Assembly (NCBI GenBank): GCA_026984035.1
Contig: JALSSW010000070.1
Location: forward strand, 571 to 64,570
DNA from: Planctomycetota bacterium
Lineage (GTDB): Bacteria; Planctomycetota; UBA1135; GCA-002748355
Reading direction: 5' to 3'
DNA: 64,000 nt
Of this stretch, positions 63,704-64,000 are shown piece by piece (positions within the stretch are counted from its first letter, which is position 1; the number at the start of each line of letters is the position of its first letter). The translations under genes and the position numbers were made by a program. Below the pieces are notes generated by a model, which was not told where the DNA came from, did not search any database, and was given only the letters and a program-made list of their open reading frames with translations.

Positions 63704-64000
63704 TTACAGTCTGATGAAATGCTGAACCCTGAAGATGATGTTGTCGAAGGAAGTTCCACTGTCGGGATCGACCGTTTGGAAGGTGAAGTCCGCCAAGATC
63801 TTGTGGGTATGGCCCTTGAGCAGTTTGCCGCCCATGATGGTGATTTCGGTTGCGTCACCATTGGCGGTCAAGGATGTGCCGCCATAAGAGGGGGTGGTTA
63901 AGGAGATGGTGGAGTTGACGCCAGTGTCATCATCGATGTTGACCCAGGAGTAACGAGCACCTGCGACCCAGTTTCCTTCAAAAAGGTAGGTCCCTTGAAC
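63704..64000 (-). CDS. Second OprO/P-like porin paralog, C-terminal ~98 aa (gene runs off the right edge)
   Basis: Not in the ORF track. The minus strand ends ...SFDNIIFRVQHFIRL-stop (stop at 63704-63706), parallel to ...IDNILFKVSHLIVL-stop of the 62212 porin. The antisense-frame translations of the two loci also align (EDDVVEGSSTVGIDRLEGEV versus EEDVINRASTVGVDVLQSEV). Confidence 0.7.
   Translation of the reverse strand, partial: VQGTYLFEGNWVAGARYSWVNIDDDTGVNSTISLTTPSYGGTSLTANGDATEITIMGGKLLKGHTHKILADFTFQTVDPDSGTSFDNIIFRVQHFIRL

Noticed and set aside
1-64000. Search for CRISPR arrays, tRNA/rRNA genes, IS elements, integrases, prophage or toxin-antitoxin pairs
   Set aside because: I found no spaced direct repeats, no cloverleaf-like or rRNA-like stretches in the few intergenic gaps, and no transposase, integrase or phage-like ORFs in the six-frame track.

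Overview
The window is a gene-dense chromosomal segment from a diderm, flagellated bacterium. Spot counts give about 50-60% GC, and I cannot assign a lineage. I saw no rRNA, tRNA, CRISPR array, transposase or integrase.

Layout, left to right:
- 1-6.2 kb: housekeeping genes. These are a partial agmatinase-family gene that is absent from the ORF track, a secreted protein, sixA, a membrane-anchored repeat protein, queC and a GNAT.
- 6.2-19.4 kb: one co-directional minus-strand flagellar string, fliK-flgD-flgE-flgF-flgG-flgA-flgH-flgI-flgJ-flgN-flgK-flgL, followed by a small FliE-like ORF and the GNAT.
- 19.8-22.8 kb: flgM on the plus strand, then a minus-strand fliA operon carrying four uncharacterised small or lipoprotein genes.
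- 23.1-24.4 kb: rsmB, in the opposite orientation.
- 24.4-32.1 kb: the export-apparatus operon fliO-fliP-fliQ-fliR-flhB-flhA-flhF-flhG.
- 32.4-35.0 kb: pepN.
- 35.4-39.1 kb: an AT-richer island with two unknown envelope proteins, preceded by a heptanucleotide tandem repeat and stacked hairpins.
- 39.2-44.9 kb: a sodium:solute symporter, ppx/gppA, a parvulin PPIase and galK.
- 44.9-55.8 kb: a minus-strand heme super-operon, hemA-hemCD-hemL-[histidine kinase-response regulator]-hemE-hemN-hemH-hemY.
- 56.1-64.0 kb: a secreted alpha/beta hydrolase, a 1575-aa secreted protein of unknown function and two tandem OprO/P-like porin paralogs. The second porin is partial and is also absent from the ORF track.

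Strongest non-annotation signals:
- An oriented 9-11-mer, GGGACACCC(AT), occurs 21 times and is read in all three codon phases.
- A two-component system is translationally coupled inside the heme operon.
- A C-terminal motif is shared by three secreted proteins.

Gene starts were chosen by eye from signal peptides, Shine-Dalgarno spacing and ATGA overlaps, so they are approximate.
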